A DNA stretch of 64,000 bases, taken from the NCBI GenBank assembly GCA_013115125.1, contig JABANN010000010.1, forward strand, positions 1 to 64,000. Direction: 5' to 3'. Below, one piece after another: positions 9,940 through 22,636 of the stretch. The stretch comes from Perkinsus olseni. Taxonomy: Eukaryota. Position numbers and translations under genes: made by a program. Within the stretch, counting starts at the first letter, position 1, and every line of letters begins with the position of its first letter. The notes under the pieces were generated by a model. The model saw only the letters and a list, made by a program, of their open reading frames with translations, did no database searches and was not told the origin of the DNA.

Positions 9940-12741
9940 TCAGGCGATGCGGACGATGATATGGATGCCCGAAGGGGAGTAAACCTGACACGTTAAACGG
10001 GACAGCACGTATAGCAGGATAATTACGTGGGTGACAGAACGAAATCGCCCTGCAAAATTCCCAAATGCGCAAGTGCTAGTGTCTTCACGACTTGCTTCGA
10101 CGGATGAACCTACCAGGTCACTCATCTCTCCGACGTCCAACGCAAATGCCGCCTCCTCGAACTCGGGCATCATCTTTCCATGACCGAACCAATCTAGATC
10201 GCCGCACAGATGTCCGGTCTTCCGGCTCGACAAACCTGCCAATGACGCGGTCCTATGCACTGAATAGAGACATCAGAAGCCTCACATTCCGAATGCTTCT
10301 TGCAAAGCTCCGGGAACTTGCTCGAGTCCTTCCGGAGGTCAGCTAGGATTGACATCATGGTGTTCTCGGCCTCTGTTTTCGCTGAGAACAAGCAGGAAAA
10401 TGAACCTCCGGGGAATTATGAATCACTGACTCACGAATCCAACGATGCCGTGCAAGCACAGAGATTCCGTGTCGCACTGCGATGACTTCGGGCAGTCAAA
10501 TGTAAAAACGAAAGCCCCGTGAAGCTTACTTCTGGTAACCTGCTTGTTACGGACACGATCCCGTGGGTTCCGAACGTCCTTGTGCTTCATCAGGATGTGC
10601 TTACATCGGATCTTCTTCACTTCCCTCGCCGGGCCTGTCCCTGAGAATACGCGGAAGTCCTCGACCATCAATTCGCACGACAGGGAATAATCACGCTGTC
10701 GTTTCGCTGCTTTAGGAGAGCTAGGGTCCTCCAAGGCCTTCGCTTGTTGCTCAGCAAGGAGATCCAAATCACCGAAGGTTGGTGGCCGAGGCCAATTCAG
10801 AAAAACGGTGATGGCGGTCAGGTTATCTTGAGAACCCCTCTGATACCTGTTCACGGTAATCGAGATCATAAGCATATTCTTCTCTTGGAGTGTTATAAAT
10901 ATCACGATAGATTGATATGAAGTAGACATCGTCATTTACATCGTAGTATGAAGGGGACTGTTATGGACTACTCCGATTCTCGTTCGAACTACAAGTTTAT
11001 TCAAATTACGAAGGAGCTTCAATGGCCCACTAGGTGGCCTATGGCCAACAGAATTCTTCAAGAAGGCCCGGAAAGATGATCTCGACGAGTCCGTACGCTT
11101 CCTGAATTAGTCCTCCAGATGCCGCTTTGGGTTTCCGATTATACTGTAGTATCTTCGCGCCAATCATCGCCGGAGTCATCACATCTGTCACGCCGTCGCA
11201 AACGAGAACCTGGAAGAAAAAAACGAGCGCTAAGCACAACACCACTCGATTCGGCACGTACCAGCGCGATATCAGTCTCCGGGCTCAATGTGTGATGGTT
11301 GACGCTCGGAACTGATATAATAAGCTTATTGGGCGTCTTGAACTCCCGGTCGCCAAATGCACGGGAAACCGCCAGAGCAATCTAAGGGGAGTGTCCTGTA
11401 CAACAAGTAGCGGAGGCGGCTGTGGTTCTACCGGTGGCTTCTCCATTGCTCCCAGACCGGCATTGGTAGCCTTCTTGTAGGCCTTCATCTTCTCTTCGTA
11501 GTCTGCCGCGGCGACCCGCGCCTACCAAAGCTATATACAAATTGGAGAGGGACTCTACGCAGTAATGTCAGCGAGGCCCTCGTCAATCACATGCCGAGAT
11601 TCCCCCGTACTTACCACGCCACCAGCCGGAGTCACCATCGCTCCGCCGTTTTTGACGATGCGGTCCTTCTCTAAGCGCAAGAGGGAACATGGTGTGTCAC
11701 CTCCGATGGCTCACTGATCCAAAATCGGCCTACCTGTCGCATCTTCTGGCTTGTGATTTGTATGGCACAACTTGACCTCCAGTGAGTAATTGGGATGTTG
11801 ACGTTGCTGCTGATGGTGCTCATCTGCTGCCGAGGCTGAAGAGATCGGGCGATGAAGTCCAGCACACATCTTCACAATGATATCGAGTCCATCAGAGTGT
11901 TATAACAATTCATTCTGAATAGGACACCGACTGAAAGCCATCATTCGCAGGGACACCCTTTCAGAACTCGCACGTTCAGGTTTTCTCCCCTCCACAGGAC
12001 CTCTCAAGTCCCCCTGCGCTGCCACCTACTTTGAGCTGGAACACGCTGCACCAGCAAACATGCTGAGTCGCCGATATTAGCGACATACAAATCGATACCG
12101 ATCACCAAGGCGATTACTGAAAAAAGAACATTTCAAGCAATGTGTGATTCTGGACTGGCTAAGGGCGCTGCTATACTATACAAAATTGATTCATTATCGA
12201 AGAGTTCATCATTATCCGTCGAGAGGTCCTTTCTGCCGCAGCCCTCACCTGCGGTGCTTCCATCTGGTATCGTCCTGTATTTCGCAAGAAACTCCTCGTC
12301 CAGTTCTCTGAAAGAGTCCTCGAAAACCTTCCGCATGAACTGATTCAAAAATCGTATTCTCGCATCATCTCCTTAGCGGAGAGAGTCTCGCTAACCTCTT
12401 CGGTTATAGGCTCCTTATGATTGGCCAGTCGCGGTAAAATCTGAAACGGTCAGATCTCTGCCAAGCCCTCCAACGACAGACTTGGGTCCGAAGACCTCAC
12501 GTTGATTTTGATTTTCCCCCACCTACCTTGTTATGTGTCTGCTTTATACAATATTCCGCACAAGTGACGCCCTGGTGCCCATCGTACACCATATACCTGG
12601 CAGCTGAAGAATCGATTTCGGCAGGAGCCAGATACACAATTTAACGCACCAAATCAGGGACTTAAAGCGGTGGAAGACTCCTTTGTGAGGAATCACAATA
12701 TCAGACTCACAAGGAATCCGAACGAACACTGAGTTGAGCAC
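9940..12741 (-). CDS. PP2C (PPM) Ser/Thr phosphatase fused to a C-terminal Pin1-type parvulin PPIase; 5' end uncertain
   Basis: PP2C motifs VYDGHQG, DGSTA, LYVANIGDS, EKDRIVKNGG, LAVSRAFGD, VCDGVTDV, RGSQDNLTAI; parvulin motifs IRCKHILMKH...RNP...VTR, KHSEC, GDLDWFGHGKMMPEFEEAAFALDVGEMSDLV, SPSGIHIIVR. Confidence 0.9.
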
Positions 12742-12779
12742 ACAAACACTGCCGGAAATCTGGGTGTGAGAAATCTATG

Positions 12780-13290
12780 GCTGACCATCACCCCAGGTGA
12801 TTCACCCGGTAACAGAGTTGTTGTTTTCAGGACAGTACAACTCCTCTTGCTAGTGAGCTGGGGCCCGCAGAGCACCCCAACGGAACGCCCTAATCCCCTA
12901 ACGGATTCCAAGCGTGGCGAGGGGTAGTGCTAATAATTGATGACTCATCAAACATCTGAGATCTTGCAAGTCCCAGATCTCAGCTACTGACCGCTCTATC
13001 TCTACTAGGACTTGTCTAGGTGAGGAAGTTTCCGCAGTCGAGAGCGAATGAACCGGCGGCAGATACGACCTTGTTTCAGCCTATGAAATCATCGAAGTAC
13101 GATATTCTCGCCATTGCAAGCGAGATGGCCCACGAGTCTGCAAACTCACATTTTGCGAGTCGCAAGTACCCTGAGACCGACGTGACAGCGCCAAAAGGGC
13201 AGATTCTGTCACAGAACACGGCCGACAATGTCGCTTCCGAGCTCGCTGCAAGCTCAGCGAGATTCGGGTGATGGCGCCCATCATCGCTCG
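12780..13290 (-). mobile_element. Degenerate reverse-transcriptase fragment (DIRS/Ngaro-like)
   Basis: A minus frame not in the ORF track reads FCDRICPFGAVTSVSGYLRLAK...ISYFDDFIG*, with PFG at 13190-13198 and YFDD at 13088-13099, then stops. Confidence 0.65.
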
Positions 13291-13423
13291 AGAGCGAGAA
13301 TATGCGGGAATCATGGGAGCTGCACCCCGATTAGTGCCGATCAAACACATCCTATGGTAACAGCTGACAGCCGACCAATGCTATGATACCATCATCACCG
13401 CTCTTACACACGATCTCGAAACG

Positions 13424-15000
13424 TTAGTGAGCCTCCCCGCCCCGAGATCGCAGGAGAGAACCATCTACGCGATGATGAATATCCACAGCGAGCCATGCCA
13501 TGGCTGCCAGCTTCATCGAGCCCTTGGCGTTGGGCCTTCGGTTGAGCGATGCCGCTCTCACGCGGAGGCCACGAAGTTTTACGTGATATAACGAGATTTT
13601 ACTAGGGTGATGCCTCAGAGAGAACAAATCATCTATCGCTGCGCGCATACTTTACTCATAGGCGAGCCTCAAAGGCTCAGCCTCCAACGGATAGAACAGT
13701 AAATCCGGTGCTGTACTCGCCCTAATTATAACCGCAGGAGAATTCACCAGGTGGGCTAGAAACTATTTTCTGCGACGATTATCGGAGAAGACGCGAACGG
13801 ATTTGACTCACATTCCCGTTGGGCTGGGCAAATGATCTAGGTTGTATCCGAGCCTCCGCCCTATATCCTTCAAATCCTTCAATAGTGCATGCTTATCCTC
13901 CATTTTCGCCCGTCCTGAAACGATTCAATACCAGTTCGATCACCTTCCTCGCCTGAATTACTCCCCTGCATCATAGTGGCGTCAGCAGCCAACCTCAGCT
14001 CTTGGGAGGGATCGTGTTTAGCCATCGCCATTGACAGCCACTCCTCACGTGAGAGTTCTCGGAAGGTCCCATCACTTCGCGGCCTGATGGCAAATACCTC
14101 ACGCTTGACCTATGCCCACATTCCCCCACTCCCACCCAAGGAGAGCTCATCAAGGACCACATCGCTCATGGATGAATGCCCTACGTTTCCCTATTCCTAT
14201 TGCTCAATCTCTTGCTCAACGAAATCCGCAAGAGAGAAATACAGAGAAATCCTCTATGATTCAATCATGGGAAGCGTGACGAGGAACCCACTGCGCTCAC
14301 CGCCGGAGCGTGAAAGTACAATACGCAGAACGAGGGATTCACCGATGATAATTTCTATTTACTTACATGACATATAACCACGAGTTTGAATAATGAGTTA
14401 GTTCTTGTACAGAATTTCAGCCGACCATCCCCTATCATTACAAATATAGCTTTTGAGTAGCTCGTTGAAGCATCGTTCCCGTGACTCCATGATAATACCA
14501 GTTACCCGAGGGATCCGATTCGTGCGGTACCCAACTAAAAAAGCCACCTTAAGCGACCCAGAGCTAACTCATTATTCCCCTCCAGGAACGCACAAGGCTC
14601 TCCGTAGCCTAACGGGCGAAACTCCGCACCTTCATTAGAGTCCCAGTTACAGACTTGCGCGAGACGAAGTTTCACAAAAGGTTATTCCTGTTTGAAACTG
14701 AAATTCGACGACTTCGCGAAGTACCCTTCCTGATCCAGCAGCCACCGGCTCTGTTGGTCACGGTGAGCCTCGGCATTCCCTTCGACAGTGTCAACGGCCG
14801 TTACGCCTTCCTTATGACGGGCCGACTTGTCGTCACTAGAAGAGCCCGCCTGAGAGAATATTACCCATATCAAAGCTTATGTCTCTGGATTCAACAACAA
14901 GATGGCCGGAAGATGGCTTGTGAGGCCAGTGCAAGGTCAGGCGGCGTTATAGCGCAAGTAACGATATGATCCCCGAAATCGAGCCGTCAACGCAGTCGGC
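13424..15000 (-). CDS. Hypothetical spliced protein
   Basis: GT-AG-bounded open exons (RAKMEDKHALLKDLKDIGRRLGY; ASTAPDLLFYPLEAEPLRLAY; VKREVFAIRPRSDGTFRELSREEW); no family recognised. Confidence 0.4.
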
Positions 15001-15147
15001 GTCTCATAAAATTGAAGGCCGAGGCATCCAGAGCATGGATCAAAATAAAGTTATTGCGAAAGTGATTGCGAAAACCGCAGGTAGAACCTTCCAAGGCCTC
15101 ATAAAAATCTCTACTCATGAACTCACACCTCATGAAAGATGACCCTT

Positions 15148-16156
15148 TCAGTCGTGTTTATCTACCGTGGTACTCATGGAGTCCGCCGCGCAATCAAATC
15201 CGTTCATTGCGCCATCACCGATCCAAGACTTTCGTTCGAGAGCCCCCGCTGTTATGACCATAAGCTTCTGTTCCAACTCCTTCATCTGCCGGCTGGCCTC
15301 TTGAGCTTCTCTTCGATGTTTCTCTTCCTCTTGCTTTTGCTTGATCATCCAGAGCGGTGTCCCTCGACCACGGCCTGAGAAGACGTGGACTACGACAACT
15401 TTTTCACGCTGATATACAGGGTTCGAATAGGCGTGAAGGAGACACAACGCGAAACTCATCACTGGTAGCCTCAATTACGAGAAGGAATCATGATAGAGAG
15501 CCACTCCGTCCATCACTGGCTGGTAACGTGAGCAACGGTCGAAAGTGGAATCACGAGTACGATTGTACGACAATATTGCAAGAAGTGTGGCCATAGAGCA
15601 AGCCCAAAAATCTATCCTATCCTTCCTGGCTACCCGGCACACTGCACTGCATCTTCCGTTCTGCTTGCCGTTGGGCATGAGCGTCCTCAAAGAATACACT
15701 CACTGGCTGAAATAAGAAGAATTACTCGACGCCCACCCAGGATGCGTAACCCAGCGGCGACCCAGCGAAATTGCCGCCGCAATAGAATCTTCCGCGACGT
15801 TCCGAAAAGCTCTCGCAGGGTTTCGAAATTCCTGGACCCAAGAACAGCCCTATGGCATACGTACCCGCACCTCGGATAGGGAGGTCTCTACAACGAATCG
15901 AGACACAGAAAATCGCCGAGACCGAACCATGCCAAGGCAGCAAGCACCGAAGGGATACTCCCCCATGATAGCGAAGAAGTACTACATTCGGGGCAGGTCC
16001 ATATCGCTGAGCGTACTGATGATCGATGCAGTCGGCGAACTCATCATCATCTTGCGTGGTTGGAGGAGGGGCCGGGCCGACGTTCCCAGCGGCTCCCGTG
16101 CTACCACTGCTAGCATTGAAGTCATAGTACTGCGGCCCTCCTTGTTGGCCCTCCAT
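15148..16156 (-). CDS. Hypothetical spliced protein
   Basis: Plausible start MEGQQGGPQYYDF and charged coiled-coil last exon (KQKQEEEKHRREAQEASRQMKELEQKL); no family recognised. Confidence 0.4.
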
Positions 16157-17825
16157 TGAAGCCTCCGACGGGGAGTAGAGGGATGCGAGATGGAACGCAA
16201 GGAAAAGGCTGCGATGACACAAAGAGAGCGGTTACTTGGACCTTTTCCATTCCATCGACGTCGGTGTATTAATTACTTCCAACGCGAGCCTACATCGCCT
16301 CAATACGTGACATAACGAAAATGATGGCGACGATGCTGACGGGCGGCGGGAGGTGATAACCTCAACAGCTTCAAGTCAGAGTTATAATACTACCTCTTGC
16401 TGCTGATACTATGAGCCACCGGTCATCCCGATGTAATGAACGGTAACAGTATACAGAAGATTCATCCACGAAGATAACGACAGACTACTATACCATTCCT
16501 TCCACAGATCAGCTCAGGAGGTAGGTTACACTGGTCGACCCACGATAGAGTTCGGCACTGATAATACTACTAACATGTCAAACAATCTCGGGAAAAACAA
16601 TCTTAGTCTCGGCGAAAATGACAATACCTTTGCGAAAGTCAAGCTACGAGAGATACGATCGACAGTTGAGTAATCCAACCTACTGAACAAGCTGGTCGTC
16701 GTCACTCTCCCTGACGGGCACGATCCCAGCCGACGATATCAAAGATCGACAACGCTGACTAGTACTACGATAAAGACAGAAAGCCCGATTGGTGCGGGAA
16801 TACTACAATGGTCTTCTTATAGTTGAATATAGACAGACGTCAAGCTTACGTACGGAACGGCCAAGCTGGATTGATTCCACTATACTGGCATCAGCTGGCA
16901 GAAAGAGCCGTTTACGTGACCGTTATTCTATGCCGTTTGGTCGGAGACGTCGATGCGCTGGACCGACCGCAGCCAGAGTCTCCTGCTCCTAGAACCTTCA
17001 CCGTTTTAGACGATTTGGATCTCCTCTTGCGGGGCGCTGCTGGAGCTGTTAAAGGGATATCTGAAGTGCTAGTGAACTCCAGCAGCGAAGACACCTCAAT
17101 CCGCTAGCGACCGTTTACTACGATTTTCAGCTTCATCGAGCAAAATACGGTATGCTAACCCGCGCGAATTTCCTCATTGAAAATAGAAATGATATAGACG
17201 CGTTACAGAAAAGCCACGGTCGGGCCAAATGACAGAAGTATTACCTTTGAGGACAATGCCGCTATCCCTGACATTCCCGGGATGCCCCCAGGGATCGCCA
17301 GGGAGAACGCCACCCGTTAACAATGCTCGTCGTCGGGCCATAGCAGCTCTGGTACCTAGGAGTAGCCACCATAAGCCATAAGGAAAAACCGAGAGAATCC
17401 AAGATGGCAAGATTACACTGTGCTGGTGGCATCTCCCTTGCCAGAGCCAAGTCTAACGCAGTGAGAGTTGATGGTTCTGATGACGGTTCTCGATCGTTGC
17501 GTTTCCGCTTGGACTTCAATGGTGTGAAAATAGCCGCATTTGGCGGCTGCAGAGCGCTGAGGAGAATGGGAGAAATGCCCACGGAACGGCGGAGCGATGC
17601 ATAACCCAGCAAGAACCTCTCCAGTTCTTGGGAGTATTCTCGTACGCATTCCCTCATACCACAACTTCCACAATTGAGTCCGTGATTATGATAATTCGAT
17701 GAATATTGATAATAACCTAGTCCTCGGTTAATGTTATTGTAGCTATTCACTGTAGTGATATTAATACAAAGAACTAGATTCGCCGCACGCATGAGGAATC
17801 ATGCGTCATACCGACTCTCCCTTAA

Positions 17826-19568
17826 CTACCATCTTGAAGAATCCCCTCCGCCCACTGTAGACGGGCTGGACGCAGCTGCGCTCGATCCGCTTCGGCTATC
17901 GCCAACCGAGCTAGCACTAGCGGCCCTCCTTCTGCGCTGGATGGGTTGCTCGTGTGAGTGCATCGCCGAGACCACCGTAGTGACACTGAGAAGATGTGAC
18001 TTCTCCGGGATAGTCCACACGATAATTCCTACTCGAATCCTGGTCGCATTTCCACTCGAAGAAGTTGCAACTTTCTTCTAACATTGGCGTAGCTGGCTGT
18101 ATCTCTTTCTAATATAGCCGCGGCCGCTTCGCTCACCGCTGCGAATGCTAGCACGTCACCAGGGTAGAATAGAACCGACCTGAAGGCAATTGGAACCGTG
18201 TGATATGTTCGGGTGGAGCAAATTCGTTCAGGAGGAGACAGACCGAGAAATAAAGTTGACATTAGGAATAGCCTATCTATGGTCTCACCTCCCTCTGAAA
18301 GCTTCGTTAAGGAACGCTATAGCCTTCTGCTGTAATCTCTTCCTCAGCTCGCCATCGCTGGTGATGCTCTTCACTATCTGTGCAACAACACGCCTGCGCT
18401 CGAACTGCCGAAGAGCAAGGATGCGCTCTCGAGGGCACCGACGTATCGTTCGGATGGAACAGAGTCCGGCACTAGAAAAACCTCCTGGCGCAAAATTTCA
18501 AGGCGCGTGACGCCAGAGGACCCACTAGGCGCAACAATCCCTCATATTACTGAGCTCACGTGCTTGTGCGGGAGATTGAGATCAAATTCAAACCCCGTCA
18601 AACACATGATGGCCTCCTCGGTCTCGCATACATCTTGGGCCATCTTCTGCAGTGCCTGCAAATCGATTGTGCGATCGATTAGGACACACCCGTACAGGAT
18701 ACCTTCTGGCTGGTGTACCGAGACTGCCTCTCGAGCTTCTCATAACAATCGAGTAGCTGATTCATCCGAAGGCGTATCTAGTGCACGAGAGAAAGGTATC
18801 TTCCCAACCCCGAAGATTCCACTCGCCTCACCGGGGATCTTTCGCATGACTTAAATGCCAGGAATGTCGCTGCTAGGACCACCGGTCGCCACCCATATCG
18901 CTGAAAAAAACCCGCTCCCAATTCCCGCAGCTTCGCAACTCACCACCAACCTTTAAACTGTGCACTGCGTAGAACAGATGACAGTACCACATAGCAGTGG
19001 CCCTAACTTCCGCGAAATCCTCAGGACCGATGCCGTTACGGTTCGCCGGTATGCAGTAGTCGCTCCAAACCCTTTGGCACATCTGAAAGGCTCTGATGCT
19101 CCGAGGGTTAATAGAGAGAGATTATCGCTACTTTGTCCACGTAGTCTGCGTGACGGACTACTGCGCTGTCTTCTGTCACATCCGTCACCCTGAAAGGAAA
19201 CACGTCAAGTCAGAAGAGCGGATTCGCTCGATCATCAAAGGCATCGCATGACTATTATGGAAGAAACGTTAAGCACACGAGCTTGAATGGCGGGAAGACA
19301 AAATCCGAAACAACCGAGCTGCGGGAATTCACAGCAACAGCGGATCTGACTACGCATCTAGCCACCGCCAATACCCAGCAAAACGGGGTGTCCGGATTCG
19401 AAATCAGTGATGGCTCATTCCAGCTGTTTCCCCACGACCGGTAGTAAATTCTCGTTGGTTTTTTACCTCATCAGCCGATCAGCAGGGAAATGACCCGTCC
19501 GGAACCACAATTCTGTTTCATCACCATGACGAGCGGAAGTTCCGCTGCGGAACCCTCTCCCTCCCATG
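17826..19568 (-). CDS. Transcriptional cyclin (T/K/L/H-like), spliced; start approximate
   Basis: Exons read ATAMWYCHLFYAVHSL, AATFLAFKSCE, ETEEAIMCLTGFEFDLNLPHKH, KAIAFLNEAF, VLFYPGDVLAFAAV, i.e. the two cyclin-box folds. Confidence 0.8.
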
Positions 19569-19609
19569 GACGTATTACTTATCCTTCCTACTGGGGCTAG
19601 CGATCCTCA

Positions 19610-19780
19610 GCGCATCCGGCGAGAAGAGTAGCAAGCCCTTGTAAGCTTCCGAACTACTGCATGTAGAAGGCTGTGAGGAGGAGAACCCATGTGGCCCGTG
19701 CGGCGATACCTTTCACGCATCCATGAACGATAGAATATGGCCTGATGCCTATTCTCACCACTGCTGGCGATAAGTAGTCC
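19610..19780 (+). mobile_element. Possible decayed Mutator-like transposase fragment
   Basis: GDTFHASMNDRIWPDAYSHHCWR* (19702-19773) resembles the MULE D...VFPxA.H..C..H segment; surrounded by stops. Confidence 0.25.
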
Positions 19781-22636
19781 CCACACGCTGTAATGGGACT
19801 GTGACTTCCGCAAGATCCTCCACTGAGTGGTACTAGACCGCCGAGATCGTTGAGACCCCCGCCGCACATTACGATGGGAGCTCGGGATAGAAGAGACGTA
19901 TCTGCAACCGTAAGGGTGTAAGGAAGAGTCGTAGCATGCATTCTGGGTTTTCACGGGACTTCTGGGCGTCAAGTCGGATGAATTCTGCTAGTTTGCAGCG
20001 GTATCATGAATTCAACGCGGGAAGCTATGCCCCTGCTAACGGTCACGGATACTCGGGTACTGTACTCATCCCATGAGCCCCATACAGAGCGGATGTTTTA
20101 CACCCATCTATTTTCAGACAAAATCGACCTGTGCTGCAGAGCCGAAGAGAGCCAGACACGGCACGGGTCGTCCTCGATGGGCCCGGTAGGGCCGAAATTA
20201 ATCATTGGACGAATCTTAGCAGCGTAACGACACTCTCGCCTCTCAGCCCAGTTTGCGTGGAAAATTCAGGAGAGCTCACAGGAGGGTTCTGATCAACTAG
20301 AGATGCTCATACAGCGGTTAAGGCGTGCCACACCAACTCGCCTACGAAGAGACGCTCCCCATTGGTACTACCCGGGGACTCCTGCCTCTGTTGAAAGTAC
20401 TGAGACCGCCGAGCAGAAGGGATGGTGTCGTAGTCCTCACTAGGAGCACCAGGGGGTCGCTTCGGCGGACTCTCGACGTTGACGATCATGAAAGATATTT
20501 TTTGAGTTTTAGAAAAGTTGGTATCAAAAACTGATTGAGTGGAAATCTCATACAATCATACGCCAAATAACATCTTATTCACCATCTGGCTCTGTCGTAT
20601 CATGCTACACAGCATAAGCTGCAGTAGGCGTGCTAATGGTAGACCGATGATTTTTTCTACAACGAAGACAGCACGTGGGACAGAAAATTCCCGCGCGCCC
20701 AGAAATTGATCCGATATTTATGGCCGTTTGCCTTTTCTCCCGCTTTTGTTGCGCAGTGAATGCTTTTCAAGCTCGCGTCTGATGATCCCCTGAAAGCGAT
20801 ATATGTTAATCCTGGATGTCGTCCCATACGTCGCGTTCGTCGTTTGGTATGGCTGCACCGCTTTGGCATCTTGGTAGGCCCGTCCACTTCTATTGGGCGT
20901 TCGGTTGAGCGATGCACTCGAACTGTTGAACAACCATGTGGCTCCTAATCAGAATCTTGTCGCCTGGCCTCCCGTATTTTCTACGAATCCTGAGGGATCT
21001 AAGATAGTGTCTTGAAGGGACTTGTCGCGAGTTACCGCTCTCAGCGAAAGTCGGCGGCCTGGAGCGTCAGTTCGACGACGGGACTCATCACTACAGTGCT
21101 CGTCCTCTTCTTTTTTCAGGCTTGGGTCTGTTAAGAGTAATTTATTGCTGCATTCTTGAATTGCTATCCAAAACTGTCTAATTAACTGCGACTCCTTCAC
21201 TCAGTTGTTTTTGATATTCCCCATCCCGGTATGCTCAACTTCATTCCCAAGACATGCCAATCGGTATCTTTCCTGTGAGTCATGCTAACTCAACCTCGCC
21301 AAAGATACTTCTGTACCAGGTACGGGAAGCGTGCGGTTCAAAGGATTGCTGTGGGAGCAGCTGGAAGGGAGGTTGAGGTAGTATATCGCGGGATCGAAGA
21401 TCTCCCGCGCTTCCACGTATCGAATTTAGGTACCTCTCGATGTGGTAAGGGATATCCCTGAGATGTGCGACACGTCAGCTTCTTATATCGGGAACAAGTA
21501 TCAAGCATTGCCTTGGTAGGATCTTGAGGCTGGACCTGTACTTTCTCGGATCATAAGATTCCTTCGCAGGAACGAATTCATCCGTATCAAGCTCGATGCA
21601 CGGAATCTGATGGATGCAAACGTCAAAACTGCTCTCACGGATTTGGACTGGTATGAGAAGATCAGGTGGGAAACTGCTACGGTTGACGATTCATGTCACT
21701 CGCCACGATATTAGAGCCGTCTATGCCACCTCCCAAACGGCAACGGAAATGGATGTCGTGTCGAAAATGACGGAGCAAATGGCAGGAAAGGGCGTGAAGT
21801 AATAGGGTCCGACAGTCTGTTGGTCCTGATGGATTCCTCCAGAGCAGAGGAGGCTCTCAATGCGGATCCAGCTTCCTCGATTTTTTCGGCTGCGTGAGTC
21901 CTATGCTGTTAATTGTGGGCTTGCTCTGCCGGCTCGTTGTCGTGGCTGAACTTCTCTCATTTTGGAATCGCCGCTCTCATCCAGACTGAGTGACGTTGCT
22001 CCCTTCGAGTTGCCTCCCGTGCTCTTCACGGTGATGTTCCTTTTCACGTTAGTGGTATTTGTTCCTATCGGTATCTTCGCGTCGTTGACTGGACAGAGTA
22101 AATGAGTCGCGGACTGTGAATGAATTCCTAGTATCGTGATTGTTCCACTTGCTCCAGGTACCCGGTTGCGAAGCAGTAGAGTGGTGGCATTATTGACCTT
22201 TTTAGGAGTATAATCTTCGTGATGGTGCTGAGGTTTCGAGTAGAGTTTCATGTTGAGTTGCTCTATCTCGGTGTGAATTTGAACTAGTGTGCCTTGCCGG
22301 TGTATGCGATTTCTCCTGGCCTACTGGGAGTAGCGCTCAATAGGGATCACTATCTGCGTAGCTGTAATCCCGAGAAGCGACATGGACGAACTTTCTTTTC
22401 TCCGTTAGAGTAGGCGAATACAGTGCTGGAAAGCACGTGTTGGTACTACCAACATGGTAGAGTACAGAAGCGCTGCCAGAGAAATTTCCTCACTCACATT
22501 TTTTCCGGACTTGCGTTCAACATGGCGGTTTCAGATATCTATTTCAGCTTTACGGCCCGTCTGCCGCGCGCGCTGGTTGGCCCCTTGGAGGGATTTTTCA
22601 GTAATGGAGTTGTATCGTTGTGGTAGTTCTTTTGGA

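Noticed and set aside
13290-13355. Plus-strand peptide EYAGIMGAAPRLVPIKHI resembling a subtilase
   Set aside because: No catalytic-triad motifs nearby; the opposite strand of the adjacent sequence is better explained as an RT remnant
15600-16160. Tim17/22/23-family resemblance
   Set aside because: Motif-like pieces fall in incompatible frames
16300-17800. Possible integrase or gag remnant
   Set aside because: Stop-ridden, with no diagnostic motif I could defend
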